Positions 35,408 through 46,008 of a DNA stretch of 64,000 bases are shown one piece after another. Numbering within the stretch: position 1 is the stretch's first letter; every line of letters begins with the position of its first letter. This DNA comes from an uncultured Solirubrobacterales bacterium (GTDB taxonomy: Bacteria > Actinomycetota > Thermoleophilia > Solirubrobacterales > JBBDJG01). Made by a program: the position numbers and the translations under genes. The stretch covers positions 116,073 through 180,072 of the forward strand of contig CAVRTB010000002.1 in NCBI GenBank assembly GCA_963724065.1, written 5' to 3'. The notes beneath the pieces were generated by a model. The model searched no databases and was not told the origin of the DNA. It worked only from the letters and a program-made list of their open reading frames with translations.

Positions 35408-38400
35408 GTGCATGGGTCAAGGAGGGCCGTGCCGGCTTATCGCTGCATCAGGACCTTGGCATGCCTCGCGTTGCTGGCCGCCGCTTGCTCGGCCGTCGCA
35501 GCCGCGTCCGCGGCTGCCGTGACGTTGCCGCCCGGCTTCCAGCAGAACACGCAGATCCGCAATCTCGTGAGCCCGACCGACGTCGAGGTCGCGGCGAACG
35601 GCCGCGTGTTCGTGGCCGAGAAGAGCGGGATCCTGAAGACCTATACAAGCCTGACCGACACGTCGCCGACGACGGTCGCGGACCTTCGCACCCAGGTCCA
35701 CAACTACTCCAACCGCGGGTTGCTCGGGCTCGCGATCGACCCCGGCTATCCCGCGAACCCGTACGTCTACGTCTATTACACGCTCGACGCGCCCGTCGGC
35801 GGCACGCCGCCGGTGTTCGGCGCCCCAGGCCAGGACGCCGACCCGTGCCCGGGCAACCTCGACGTCGTCAACTGCGTCGCCTCGGCGCGTGTCTCGCGCC
35901 TGCGCGTCAACGGGGAGACGATCGACGGGCCGGAGCAGGTCCTCGTCAACGACTGGTGTCAGCAGTTCGGATATCACGCCGGCGGCGGCATCGACTTCGG
36001 CGCGGACGGCTACCTGTACGTCTCCGGAGGCGACGGAGCTCGCTGGGGAACGTGGGACTACGGCCAGCTCGGCGGCCCCGTAAACCCATGCGGCGACCCG
36101 CCCAGCCCGGTCGGCGGCCCGATCGCGCCGCCCACCGCCGAGGGCGGCAGGCTGCGCGCGCAGGACCTGCGAACGAGCGGCGACCCGCTCGGCCTCGGCG
36201 GTTCGCTGATCCGCATCGACCCGGCAACCGGCGCGGGCGCCCCCGGCAATCCTCGCGCGACCAGCGCCGACGCGAACGAGCGGCGCATGCTCGCGTACGG
36301 CTTTCGAAACGCCGCCCGGCTCGCCGTGCGACCCGGCACCAACGACGCCTGGATCGGCGACTGGGGCGGCGGCTACTGGGAGGAGATCAACCGGGTGCCG
36401 CAGCCGAGCGACCCGGTCCGCAACTTCGGCTGGCCCTGCTACGAGGGCGGCCTCGACGACGGGGGTGTGCCCTATGCGCGCATCCGGCCGCGCAGCGCCG
36501 ACCAGCAGCTGAGCATCTGCGAGAACCTCTACGCGGAGGGCAACGCGACGACCGCCCCGTACTGGGCCTACGACCACGAGTTGCTCGTGACGCCGGGTGA
36601 GACGTGCTCGATCGACGACGACGCGGGCGAGCCCGGTGGGAAGCTCTGGGCGCTCGGCTTCTACCCCACCGGAGGCAACTTCCCGCCGGCCTACCGTGGC
36701 GCGCTGTTCTTCGGCGACGAGCTGCGCGAGTGCATCTGGGCGATGCTGCCGGGACCCGACGGGCTGCCCGCACGCAACAGGGTCGTGGCTTTCGCGCAGA
36801 GCTCCGCGAGCCCGCTCGACATCGAGGCGACGCCCGCGGGGGAGCTGCTCTGGGTCGACGAGGACGCCTCGAACGTGAAGCGCATCCGCTGGGTCGGCAA
36901 CGCGACCAACCAGGCGCCCACCGCGGTCGCGGGCGCCGACACGACGACCGGGAACCGGCCGCTCACCGTGCGCTTCGACGGGTCCGGATCGACCGACCCG
37001 GACGCACGCGACGTGCTCACCTACGAGTGGGACCTCGACGGCGACGGGCAGCTCGACGACTCGACCGAGGCCTCGCCGTCACACACCTACACCACGGGCG
37101 GGAGCTACACGGTGACGCTGAAGGTCACCGACACCTCCGGGGCGAGCGACACCGACGCGCGCGCGATCACGGTGCGCAGCGGGCCGGTCGCGAGCATCTC
37201 CGCTCCCGCCACGAGCACCACCTGGCGCGCGGGCGACACGATCTCCTTCTCCGGGTCGGCGACCGACGGCGAAGACGGGACCCTGGCCCCGCAGCAGCTC
37301 GACTGGAGCGTAACGCTGAAACATTGCGCCTCGCCCGCGAGCTGTCACGACCACGAGATCGGCGCCTTCCCAGGCACCGCGGGCGCCTCGTTCACCGCTC
37401 CGGACCATGCCGACCCGGCCTCGATCGAGATCCGGCTGACCGCCACCGACTCCGGCGGCGAGACGGACACGAGGACCGTCACGCTCCAGGCGCGCACGGC
37501 GCAGCTGACCGTCGACTCCGTCCCCGCGGGGGCGCAGGTCATGATCGACGGCGCCGCCCAGGCCGCGCCGTTCGTCAAGCCGGTCGTCGTCAACTCGACC
37601 AGCACCCTGTCGGCTCCGTCGCCGCAGACGCTCGCCGGGACCTCGCACCTGTTCGCGGGGTGGTCGGACGGGCAGGCACAGACCCACCAGGTGAAGGTGC
37701 CGGCGACCGGCGCGACCCACCAGGCGCTGTTCGCCTCGACCGCGCTCGGGACGCAGACGCTCACGTTCGCGCCCGAGGCGGATGCGCGGGTCGAGCGGCC
37801 CAATCCCGACGCCAACTTCGGCTCCGCGACGGCGCTCGAGACCGACAACAGCGCGAATGACGTGGCGGAGAGCTACCTGCGCTTCCTCGTCGGCGGGCTG
37901 TCGGGCGCTGTCACGAGCGCGACGCTTCGCCTGCACGCGACGAGCGCGACGATCGACGGCCCGGCCGCGTTCGGCGCGCCGAACGACTGGGTCGAGAGCG
38001 CGATCACCTGGAACAACAAGCCCACGCCGTCGACCGGCGCGCTGTCGGACGCGGGGGCGATCGCGTCCGGCGACTGGGTGGAATGGGACGTGACCCAGGC
38101 TGTCACGGCGGAGGGACCACGCAGCTTCCGGCTCGCGAGCGCGATCAACGACGGCGTCGCGTTCAATGCGCGCGAGTCCTCGGCCGTCGCGTTCCGGCCC
38201 CAGCTGGTCGTCACGTTCTCCAACGCCGGGTATCCCCGGCCGAAGGGAGCAACGCCGCTGCGCGTGCCCCTCGTCCCAGCCTTCGATGCATGCCAGAGCG
38301 CGAACCGGATGCACGGACCGCCGCTCGAGCACCCCTCCTGCGATCCTCCCGCACCGTCGTCCGCGCATCTCACGGTGGGCACGCCCGACGCCAACGGCGC

Positions 38401-38830
38401 GGCGGCCGGATCGAGCGGGTTCGTCGTCTACAGCGTCACGCCGGGCGACCCGGCGACGCTGCAGGACGAGGCAGACGTCCAGGTGCAGGTCTCCCTCACG
38501 GACGTGCGCAACCGCGCCGGCCTGGGCGACTACGGCGGTGCCCTCGAGGCACTCACCACGGTTCGGATCACGGACCGCGCGTCCGGCATGCTGACGATCG
38601 AGGACGTGACGGTGCCGGTGCGCATCCCGTGTGCCGCGACCGCCGCGGCGATCGGCGCGAGCTGCTCCGTCAGCACCACACTCGACGCGCTCATCCCGGG
38701 CTTCGTCGACGAGGGCGCGCGCGCGATCTGGCAGCTCGGCGCGGTCGAGGTGCTCGACGGCGGGGCGGACGCAGACCCGGGCACGCCGGGCAACGGAGTG
38801 CTCGCCCGCCAGGGCCTGTTCGTTCCCTGA
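35408..38830 (+). CDS. Secreted multi-domain protein, array gene 1: PQQ-type sugar dehydrogenase beta-propeller, PKD, Ig-like, InlB-B-repeat-like, DNRLRE-like and novel C-terminal module
   Basis: The signal peptide ends ...AAASAAA|VTLPPGFQ. Propeller motifs RVFVAEKSGIL, YHAGGGIDFGADGYLYVSGGDG, AYGFRNAARLA and RNFGWPCYEG. PKD (PLTVRFDGSGSTDPD...YTVTLKVTDTSG). Ig-like segment with HCxxxxxCHDH. FAGWSDGQ repeat domain. DNRLRE-like segment (EADARVE...SYLRFLV...ITWNNKP...WDVTQ). C-terminal module from YPRPKGATP to QGLFVP. The start may instead be GTG 35429, just after a GGAGGG. Confidence 0.9.
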   Translation: MHGSRRAVPAYRCIRTLACLALLAAACSAVAAASAAAVTLPPGFQQNTQIRNLVSPTDVEVAANGRVFVAEKSGILKTYTSLTDTSPTTVADLRTQVHNYSNRGLLGLAIDPGYPANPYVYVYYTLDAPVGGTPPVFGAPGQDADPCPGNLDVVNCVASARVSRLRVNGETIDGPEQVLVNDWCQQFGYHAGGGIDFGADGYLYVSGGDGARWGTWDYGQLGGPVNPCGDPPSPVGGPIAPPTAEGGRLRAQDLRTSGDPLGLGGSLIRIDPATGAGAPGNPRATSADANERRMLAYGFRNAARLAVRPGTNDAWIGDWGGGYWEEINRVPQPSDPVRNFGWPCYEGGLDDGGVPYARIRPRSADQQLSICENLYAEGNATTAPYWAYDHELLVTPGETCSIDDDAGEPGGKLWALGFYPTGGNFPPAYRGALFFGDELRECIWAMLPGPDGLPARNRVVAFAQSSASPLDIEATPAGELLWVDEDASNVKRIRWVGNATNQAPTAVAGADTTTGNRPLTVRFDGSGSTDPDARDVLTYEWDLDGDGQLDDSTEASPSHTYTTGGSYTVTLKVTDTSGASDTDARAITVRSGPVASISAPATSTTWRAGDTISFSGSATDGEDGTLAPQQLDWSVTLKHCASPASCHDHEIGAFPGTAGASFTAPDHADPASIEIRLTATDSGGETDTRTVTLQARTAQLTVDSVPAGAQVMIDGAAQAAPFVKPVVVNSTSTLSAPSPQTLAGTSHLFAGWSDGQAQTHQVKVPATGATHQALFASTALGTQTLTFAPEADARVERPNPDANFGSATALETDNSANDVAESYLRFLVGGLSGAVTSATLRLHATSATIDGPAAFGAPNDWVESAITWNNKPTPSTGALSDAGAIASGDWVEWDVTQAVTAEGPRSFRLASAINDGVAFNARESSAVAFRPQLVVTFSNAGYPRPKGATPLRVPLVPAFDACQSANRMHGPPLEHPSCDPPAPSSAHLTVGTPDANGAAAGSSGFVVYSVTPGDPATLQDEADVQVQVSLTDVRNRAGLGDYGGALEALTTVRITDRASGMLTIEDVTVPVRIPCAATAAAIGASCSVSTTLDALIPGFVDEGARAIWQLGAVEVLDGGADADPGTPGNGVLARQGLFVP

Positions 38831-38919
38831 GGCCCGGGCGTCTCCAGACTCCCTGAATCTCCTGCTATTTGCGGGAAAGCGGGCTGACGTCCCTCGAGCA
38901 CCGCGGGCGCCGCTGGTGG

Positions 38920-38942
38920 TAGTCTCGCGCGGCTGGATTCGC
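38920..38942 (+). promoter_or_regulatory. Candidate -10 hexamer and conserved CTGGATTCGC leader motif upstream of array gene 2
   Basis: TAGTCT (38920-38925), a 7-nt gap, then CTGGATTCGC (38933-38942). This lies 41 nt upstream of TTG 38983, which has a GGAAGGGA Shine-Dalgarno-like sequence. Confidence 0.4.
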
Positions 38943-38982
38943 CACCACTGGCCTCACGGACGGGAAGGGCCGGAAGGGACAT

Positions 38983-41900
38983 TTGCCTCACCTGCTGCGC
39001 ACAATCGCTGCGGCCGTGGCCGCGCTTGCCCTGTTTGTCCCGGCCGCGGGCGCGGTGACGCTGCCGCCCGGGTTCCAGCAGGACACCGTGATCTCCGGGT
39101 TCAACAACCCGATGGACCTCGAGATCGCTCCCGGCGGGCGCGTGTTCGTGGCCGAGAAGAGCGGGATCATCCGGACCTTCACGGACCTCTCCGACAGCAC
39201 CCCTACCACCTTCGCCGACCTGCGCACCCAGGTCCACAACTACTCGAGCCGCGGCCTGCTTGGCATGGCAATCGACCCGCGCTACCCGGCCGAGCCCTAC
39301 GTTTATGTCTACTACACGCTCGACGCGGCGATCGGGGGCACGGCGCCGACCTGGGGAAGCGCCGGCCAGACGCAGGACCCGTGCCCCGGCGACACGGATG
39401 ACGTGAACTGCATCGTGTCGGCCCGCGTCTCGCGGCTGCGGGTGCAGGGCGAGGCGGTGGACGGCCCGGAGCAGGTGCTCGTGAACGACTGGTGCCAGCA
39501 GTTCCAGTACCACCCCGGCGGCGGGATCGAGTTCGGCGCCGACGGCTACCTCTACGTGTCCGGCGGCGACGGCGCGCGGTGGGAGATCTTCGACTACGGG
39601 CAGCTGGGCAACCCGATGAACCCCTGCGCCGACCCGCCGAGTCCGGTCGGCGGGCCGATGTCGCCTCCGACCGCGGAGGGCGGCCGGCTGCGCGCGCAGG
39701 ACCTGCGCACAGGTGGCGATCCGCTCGGGCTCGCCGGCTCACTGATCCGCATCGACCCCGATACCGGCGAGGGCGCGCCCGGGAACCCGATGGCCGCCAG
39801 CTCCGGGGCCAACGCGCGCCGCATGCTGGCGCACGGATTCCGCAACCCGGCGCGGCTCGCGATCCGGCCGGGGTCGAACGACGTGTGGGTCGCCGATCGC
39901 GGCGGCGGCTACTGGGAGGAGCTCGACCGTGTCCCCGACCCGACCGACCCCGTGCGCAACTTCGGGTGGCCTTGCTACGAGGGCGGCCTCGACGCGAACG
40001 GCGTTCCCTACGCGCGCGTGCGCCCGCGCAGCGACGACCAGGACCTCGACATCTGCGAGAACCTCTACGCCGAGGTCACGGCGACGTCCGCGCCCTACTG
40101 GGGCTACGACCACGAGCTTCCCGTGGTGCCGGGCGAGGACTGCCTGACCGACCCCGGCACGGGCGAGCCCCTCGGCAACCAGATCGCGGGCATCAACTTC
40201 TATCCGGCGAGCGGCTCCTTTCCGGCCGCCTACCGCGGGGCGCTCTTCTTCGCGGATCGCTTGCGCGACTGCATGTACGCGATGCTCCCCGGCCCGGACG
40301 GGCTGCCCAAGCGCGGCCGCGTGATCGCGTTCGCGCAGCGCGCCGAGCGCGCGATGGACATCGAGATCGCCCCCGGCGGGGACCTGCTCTACGTGGACCA
40401 GGTCGCCGCGGCCGTGCGACGGATCACCTGGGCCGGCAACTCGTCCAACCAGGCCCCGACCGCGTCCGCGCAGGCCGACGCGGTCGCCGGAAACAGGCCC
40501 CTGACCGTCAACTTCGGCTCGGCCGGCACGAGCGACCCGGACCCCGGCGACCTGCTGGTCTACGAATGGGACCTCGACGGCGACGGCGAGCTCGACGACT
40601 CGACCGATACCGCGCCCACCCACACTTTCCTCGCGGGCGGAACGTTCGAGGTGGCGCTGCGGGTGACCGACACCTCCGGCGTCTCCGACACCGAGACGAT
40701 CACGATCACCGTCGGCAGCGGGCCCGTGGGCACGATCGCCGCCCCGGCAGCCGGCTCGACGTGGGCGGCGGGAGAGACGATCTCGTTCTCGGGGTCGGGC
40801 TGGGACGCGGTCGACGGGGACCTGCCCCCGACCGCGCTCGACTGGATCGTGGCGCTCGTGCACTGCGACACGCCCGAGGACTGCCACGAGTACGAGCTCG
40901 CCAACGTGCCCGACTCGGCGGGCGGGAGCGTCACCGCACCCGATCACGCCTATCCCTCCCACATCGAGATCCGCCTGACGACGACCAACTCGATCGGCGA
41001 GACCGAGCACAAGACAAGGCGGCTCGAACCCCGCACCGCGACCGTCAACGTCGACACGAGCCCGCCCGGCGCGACGGTCACGATCGACGGCGCCGACCTC
41101 ACCGCGCCCGTGACCAGGCAGGCGATCGTCGGCTCCACGCACTCGATCACGACGCCCGCGCAGATCGCGATCGCCAACACGACGTATCGCTTCTCCTCGT
41201 GGTCGGACGGACAGGCGCAGGCCCGTACGATGACCGTCCCGGCGTCCGGCGCGGCCTACGTCGCGCGCTTCGCCCCCTTCGAGCCGGGACAGTCGACGCT
41301 GACCTTCAGCGCGGCCGCGGACGCGCGGGTGGAGCAAGGGCTCGTCAACACGAACCTTGGAACGGACCCTCAACTGCGGACCGACAGCGGCGGCGCGGAT
41401 ACGGCCGAGAGCTATTTGCGGTTCATCTTGGGCGGGATCACGGGCAGGGTCGCGAGCGCAAAGCTCCGCGTGCGCTCGGTGACCAACACCGTGGACGGGC
41501 CGGCAGTGCGCGGAACCACGAACGGCTGGACCGAGAGCGGCGTCACCTGGGCGAACCGGCCCGCGCCCACGACCGGCGCGATCTCCGACGTGGGCAGGAT
41601 CGACGCCGACACCTGGGCCGAGTGGGACGTGACGCCCCTCGTGGCTGCCGACGGCACCGTCAACCTCCATCTCGCGCAGACCTCGACCGACGGCGTCTCC
41701 TACCACTCACGCGAGGCGTCGACGCCCGCCTTTCGCCCCGAACTGGTCGTCACGACCGTCAACGACGCCTACGTGCGCCCCAAGGGGGCGACGCCCACGC
41801 GGCTCGCGCTGGTCCCGGCCTATCGCGAGTGCACCGCGCCCAACCGCGTGCACGGCCCGTCACTCGAGCAGCCGTCGTGCAATCCGCCCATTCGCGAGTC

Positions 41901-42381
41901 CACGGCCGTGACGATCGGCTCCCCGGATGCCAACGGCTTCCCGGCCGCCACGAGCGGATACGCGCTGATGCGCGTGATGGTCGGCAGTCCCGGCACGCCC
42001 GAGGACGACGCCGATGTGGCGCTCGCGTTCGAGATGTCGGACGTGCGTGACGCCACGGAGTTGCTCGACTACGGCGGCGAGCTCCTGTTCAGGGCGACGC
42101 TGCGGCTCACCGACCGCGAGATCGCCCCAGGCGGCACTGCGACCTCGCAGGACCTCGTCCTGCCGGTCACCGTGCCGTGCGCGGCGACGCTCGATCCGCT
42201 CACCGGCAGCGACTGCGCGATCGCCACGACGGCCGACGCGCTCACGCCCGGAATGGTGCGCGAGGGCGGCCGCGCGATGTGGGAGCTGGGAAGTGTGGAG
42301 GTGCTCGACGGCGGCTCCGACGGCGACGTGGACACGCCCGGCAACGCTGTCTTCGCGAGGCCCGGCATCTTCGTTCCGTAG
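38983..42381 (+). CDS. Secreted multi-domain protein, array gene 2 (same architecture as 35408-38830)
   Basis: Signal peptide MPHLLRTIAAAVAALALFVPAAGA|VTLPPGFQ. QYHPGGGIEFGADGYLYVSGGDG and RNFGWPCYEG. PKD (PLTVNFGSAGTSDPD...FEVALRVTDTSG). HCDTPEDCHEYE, FSSWSDGQ, DNRLRE-like (AADARVE...SYLRFIL...VTWANRP...WDVTP). C-terminal module from YVRPKGATP to PGIFVP. Confidence 0.9.
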   Translation: MPHLLRTIAAAVAALALFVPAAGAVTLPPGFQQDTVISGFNNPMDLEIAPGGRVFVAEKSGIIRTFTDLSDSTPTTFADLRTQVHNYSSRGLLGMAIDPRYPAEPYVYVYYTLDAAIGGTAPTWGSAGQTQDPCPGDTDDVNCIVSARVSRLRVQGEAVDGPEQVLVNDWCQQFQYHPGGGIEFGADGYLYVSGGDGARWEIFDYGQLGNPMNPCADPPSPVGGPMSPPTAEGGRLRAQDLRTGGDPLGLAGSLIRIDPDTGEGAPGNPMAASSGANARRMLAHGFRNPARLAIRPGSNDVWVADRGGGYWEELDRVPDPTDPVRNFGWPCYEGGLDANGVPYARVRPRSDDQDLDICENLYAEVTATSAPYWGYDHELPVVPGEDCLTDPGTGEPLGNQIAGINFYPASGSFPAAYRGALFFADRLRDCMYAMLPGPDGLPKRGRVIAFAQRAERAMDIEIAPGGDLLYVDQVAAAVRRITWAGNSSNQAPTASAQADAVAGNRPLTVNFGSAGTSDPDPGDLLVYEWDLDGDGELDDSTDTAPTHTFLAGGTFEVALRVTDTSGVSDTETITITVGSGPVGTIAAPAAGSTWAAGETISFSGSGWDAVDGDLPPTALDWIVALVHCDTPEDCHEYELANVPDSAGGSVTAPDHAYPSHIEIRLTTTNSIGETEHKTRRLEPRTATVNVDTSPPGATVTIDGADLTAPVTRQAIVGSTHSITTPAQIAIANTTYRFSSWSDGQAQARTMTVPASGAAYVARFAPFEPGQSTLTFSAAADARVEQGLVNTNLGTDPQLRTDSGGADTAESYLRFILGGITGRVASAKLRVRSVTNTVDGPAVRGTTNGWTESGVTWANRPAPTTGAISDVGRIDADTWAEWDVTPLVAADGTVNLHLAQTSTDGVSYHSREASTPAFRPELVVTTVNDAYVRPKGATPTRLALVPAYRECTAPNRVHGPSLEQPSCNPPIRESTAVTIGSPDANGFPAATSGYALMRVMVGSPGTPEDDADVALAFEMSDVRDATELLDYGGELLFRATLRLTDREIAPGGTATSQDLVLPVTVPCAATLDPLTGSDCAIATTADALTPGMVREGGRAMWELGSVEVLDGGSDGDVDTPGNAVFARPGIFVP

Positions 42382-42420
42382 GTCACCAGAAGGCCTGGCA
42401 TGAGGCCGCCCGGCCGATGC

Positions 42421-42444
42421 TACCCTGCGCCCGTCTGGATTCGC
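42421..42444 (+). promoter_or_regulatory. Candidate -10 hexamer and conserved CTGGATTCGC leader motif upstream of array gene 3
   Basis: TACCCT (42421-42426), an 8-nt gap, then CTGGATTCGC (42435-42444). About 100 nt upstream of GTG 42541. Confidence 0.4.
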
Positions 42445-42540
42445 CGATCACCGGTCCGCCCCACGGGCCGGGGCAGGGGGCCATGCGTTACGGATTTCGC
42501 TCGCACCTTCCGCTGACCGCGCCACGCGTGGCGCCGGTCC

Positions 42541-45500
42541 GTGCTTGCCGTGCTCGCCGTCGCACTCGCCGGCGGGGCGCCGGCCGGCGCGGCGACGCTG
42601 CCGCCCGGGTTTCAGGAGTCGACCGCGTTCACGGGCCTGAACCAGCCGATCGCCGTCGAGTTCGCACCCAACGGACGGGTGTTCGTCGCCGAGAAGAGCG
42701 GGATCATCCGCACCTTCACGGACCTCTCCGACAGCACGGCGACGCAGTTTGCCGACCTGCGCACGCAGGTGCACAACTTCTACGACCGCGGCCTGATGAG
42801 CATCGCGGTGGACCCGAACTTCCCGGCGGACCCGTACGTGTACGTGTACTACGTCCACGACGCCGCGATCGGCGGCACCGCCCCGCGGTGGGGAACCGAA
42901 GGGCAGACGTCCGACGGCTGCCCGAACCCTCCCGGTGACACGCTCGACGGATGCGTCGTGAGCGGCCGCATCTCGCGGCTGCAGGTGAGTGGCGAGGCGA
43001 TGACCGGCCCCGAGCAGGTGCTCGTCGAGGACTGGTGCCAGCAGTACCCGAGCCACGCGGGCGGCGGCCTCGAGTTCGGCGCGGACGGGTACCTGTACTT
43101 CTCGGGCGGCGACGGCGCCAGCTTCTCCTTCACGGACTACGGCCAGGACGGGAACCCGGTCAATCCCTGCGGCGACCCGCCGGGCGGCGTCGGCGGGGCG
43201 ATGTCGCCGCCCACCGCGGAGGGCGGGAAGCTGCGCTCGCAGGACATCCGCACGAGCTCGGATCCGCTCGGCCTGAGCGGAGCGGTGATCCGGATCGACC
43301 CCGACACGGGAGCCGGCGTGATGGGCAACCCGCTCTTCTCGAGCACCAACGCGCAGGAGCGCCGCTTCCTGGCCTACGGCTTGCGCAATCCCTTCCGCCT
43401 CGCGATCCGGCCGGGGGTCGGTGACGTCTGGGTGGGCGACGTCGGCCAGGGACAGTGGGAGGAGTTCGACCGCGTGCCGGCGCCGTTCACCGGCGTGCGC
43501 AACTTCGGCTGGCCATGCTACGAAGGGGGCCTGAACTCGAGCGGGACCCCGATCTCGAGCACGCACAGCCCGATCGCCACGCTCGACCTGAACCTCTGCG
43601 AGAGCCTCTACAGCGCGGGGACCGCGACGGCGCCCTACTGGGCCTACCACCACGGCGACGAGATCGTGACCGGGGAGAACTGCAAGGAGCAGCAGGGCTC
43701 CGCTCTCTCGGGCATGGCCTTTGCCCCGGTGACGGGCGGCTTCCCGGACGCCTACGACGGCGCGCTCTTCTTCTCCGACCACTCGCGCGAGTGCATCTGG
43801 GCGATGCGCGCCGACGCGAACGGCCTTCCCGACCCCTCCACGCGGGAGGCGTTCGCCCAGGACGCGGGCTTCCCGACGGACCTCGAGTTCGGGCCGGGCG
43901 GCGACCTCTTCTTCCCGGACATCGGCACCGGCACGATCAAGCGGGTCAACTTCACGGGGGCCCCGGGCAACAACCCGCCGACCGCCGTCGCGACCGCGGC
44001 GCCGCTGTCGGGCTCGCCGCCGCTGCTCGTCGAGTTCGACGGAACCGGGTCGAGCGACCCCGACGCGGGCGACGTGCTCACCTACGCGTGGGACCTCGAC
44101 GACGACGGGCAGCGCGACGACTCGACCGACCCGGCTCCCTCCTTCACGTACTCGACGCCGGGCGTCTACACGGTGACGCTGCGCGTCACGGACACGAGCG
44201 GCGGCTTCGACGAGGACACGGTCACGATCGACGCCGGCAGCGGGCCGCCGGCGCCGAGCATCATCACCCCCACCGCGGGCACGACGTGGAAGGTCGGTCA
44301 GGCGATCCCGTTCTCGGGCTCCGCGACCGATCCCGACGACGGGACGCTCGCGGGCACGGCGCTCGACTGGGAGCTGATCCTCAACCACTGCGTGACGCCG
44401 TCGAACTGCCACCAGCACTCGATCCAGGCCTTCGAGAACACCGCGAGCGGCTCGTTCACGGCGCCCGACCACGAGTACCCGGCGAACCTCGAGCTGAGGC
44501 TGACCGCCACCGACTCGGACGGCAACTCGGCCACCGTCTCGCGCCAGCTCGACCCCCGCACGGTCAACCTGACCGTCGCGAGCGACCCGGCCGCGATGAA
44601 CGTTTCGATCGGCTCGGCGAGCGGCACGGCGCCCGTCACGACGACCGTGATCGAGGGCTCCGCAAACACCGCCACCGCGCCTTCGACTCAGCTCAGGGGG
44701 AACACGAGCTACGAGTTCTCCGCCTGGTCGGACGGCCAGCCCCAGACGCACGCGATCGTCGCGCCCGCCGCCTCCACGACCTACACCGCACGGTATGCGC
44801 CACGCACGCCCGGGACGTCGACCCTGGTCTTCAACCCGGCGGCGGACGCCTACGTGGAGGAGGCAAACCCGACCGCGAACTTCGGCTCGGCGACGACGCT
44901 ACGCACGGACGGGGGCGGCAATCCCGACGTCGACAGCTACCTCAGCTTCCTGATCGACGGGCTCCAGGGCAGGGTCCAGAACGCGAAGTTGCGGATCTTC
45001 TCGACGAGCAACACGATTGACGGGCCGTCCGTGTCCTCGACTTCGAATACCTGGGCCGAGACGACGATCAACTGGAACAACCGCCCCGCGCCGGGCGCGC
45101 TGCTCGCCGACACGGGCGGGATCGCGACCGGGGTCTGGACGGAGTGGGACGTGACGCCGGCCGTCACGAGCGAGGGCCAGGTGAGCTTCCGCCTCGCCAA
45201 CTCGACCTCGGACGGAGTGAACTTCCACGCCCGCGAGTCGGCGACGGTCATGCGCCGCCCCGAGCTCGTGCTCACGGTCCTCAACGACGCCTACGCGCGG
45301 CCGAAGGGAGCGACGCCGACCCGCGTGGCGCTCGTGCCCGCGTACAACGCTTGCACGGCGCCGAACCGGCTCCACGGGCCGCCGCTCGACAGCGGGGCGT
45401 GCAACCCGCCCGCGCAGGCGTCCTCGCAGCTCACCGTCGGCACCTTCGACGCCAACGGCGCCCAGCCGAGCTCGTCGGGGGCCGTGACGTTCAGCGCCTC

Positions 45501-45909
45501 GCCGGGAGTGCCGGGCACTCCCGAGGACGAGGCGGACGTGACGCTCAAATTCTTTCTCGCGGACGTGCGCAGCAAGGCCGGACTCACCGACTACACGGGT
45601 GAGCTGCAGGTGCGCAGCACCCTGCGCATCACCGACCGCTCGAACGGCCCGGGCGGCGCCGACCCGGGCACGCTCCAGCAGCTCGACCTGCCCGTCACCG
45701 CCGGCTGCGGCGCGACCGCCGACGCCGCGGTCGGCGCGACGTGCAGCGTCCTCACGACCTTCGACGCGATCACGCCGGGAGTGGTCGACGAGGGTGCCCG
45801 CGCGGTCTGGGAACTTGGTCACGTCGAGGTGCTCGACGGCGGCCCCGACGGCGACGTGGACACTCCGGGCAACGGGGTGTTCGCCCGGCAGGGCCTGTTT
45901 GTTCCGTGA
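42541..45909 (+). CDS. Secreted multi-domain protein, array gene 3 (same architecture)
   Basis: MLAVLAVALAGGAPAGAA|TLPPGFQ. SHAGGGLEFGADGYLYFSGGDG and RNFGWPCYEG. PKD (PLLVEFDGTGSSDPD...YTVTLRVTDTSG). HCVTPSNCHQH, FSAWSDGQ, DNRLRE-like (AADAYVE...SYLSFLI...INWNNRP...WDVTP). C-terminal module from YARPKGATP to QGLFVP. Confidence 0.9.
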   Translation: MLAVLAVALAGGAPAGAATLPPGFQESTAFTGLNQPIAVEFAPNGRVFVAEKSGIIRTFTDLSDSTATQFADLRTQVHNFYDRGLMSIAVDPNFPADPYVYVYYVHDAAIGGTAPRWGTEGQTSDGCPNPPGDTLDGCVVSGRISRLQVSGEAMTGPEQVLVEDWCQQYPSHAGGGLEFGADGYLYFSGGDGASFSFTDYGQDGNPVNPCGDPPGGVGGAMSPPTAEGGKLRSQDIRTSSDPLGLSGAVIRIDPDTGAGVMGNPLFSSTNAQERRFLAYGLRNPFRLAIRPGVGDVWVGDVGQGQWEEFDRVPAPFTGVRNFGWPCYEGGLNSSGTPISSTHSPIATLDLNLCESLYSAGTATAPYWAYHHGDEIVTGENCKEQQGSALSGMAFAPVTGGFPDAYDGALFFSDHSRECIWAMRADANGLPDPSTREAFAQDAGFPTDLEFGPGGDLFFPDIGTGTIKRVNFTGAPGNNPPTAVATAAPLSGSPPLLVEFDGTGSSDPDAGDVLTYAWDLDDDGQRDDSTDPAPSFTYSTPGVYTVTLRVTDTSGGFDEDTVTIDAGSGPPAPSIITPTAGTTWKVGQAIPFSGSATDPDDGTLAGTALDWELILNHCVTPSNCHQHSIQAFENTASGSFTAPDHEYPANLELRLTATDSDGNSATVSRQLDPRTVNLTVASDPAAMNVSIGSASGTAPVTTTVIEGSANTATAPSTQLRGNTSYEFSAWSDGQPQTHAIVAPAASTTYTARYAPRTPGTSTLVFNPAADAYVEEANPTANFGSATTLRTDGGGNPDVDSYLSFLIDGLQGRVQNAKLRIFSTSNTIDGPSVSSTSNTWAETTINWNNRPAPGALLADTGGIATGVWTEWDVTPAVTSEGQVSFRLANSTSDGVNFHARESATVMRRPELVLTVLNDAYARPKGATPTRVALVPAYNACTAPNRLHGPPLDSGACNPPAQASSQLTVGTFDANGAQPSSSGAVTFSASPGVPGTPEDEADVTLKFFLADVRSKAGLTDYTGELQVRSTLRITDRSNGPGGADPGTLQQLDLPVTAGCGATADAAVGATCSVLTTFDAITPGVVDEGARAVWELGHVEVLDGGPDGDVDTPGNGVFARQGLFVP

Positions 45910-46008
45910 GTCGGCGATAGGCTGACGCTCACCACGAGCGCGTCCGCCCGAGAGAAGAGCACACTGGTCGCGGCCCTGGCGGCCGCCCTCTTCGCGCTGG
46001 CCTTCGCC

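Noticed and set aside
39492-42050. 852-aa alternative-frame ORF inside array gene 2, with similar long ORFs at 36604-37860, 43455-45020 and 46623-47675
   Set aside because: The translations are extremely Arg-rich, with no hydrophobic core pattern. They lie within well-supported coding frames.
42448-44751. 767-aa antisense ORF across array gene 3, with similar ones at 39739-41706, 37079-38368 and 44899-46386
   Set aside because: These are antisense shadows of the array genes. They have no recognisable motifs and a biased composition.
45907-45909. Programmed TGA recoding (selenocysteine or read-through) fusing array genes 3 and 4
   Set aside because: The downstream in-frame codons encode a complete signal peptide, which only makes sense at an N-terminus. 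I did not notice a SECIS-like hairpin. Non-canonical initiation or a sequence error is more parsimonious.
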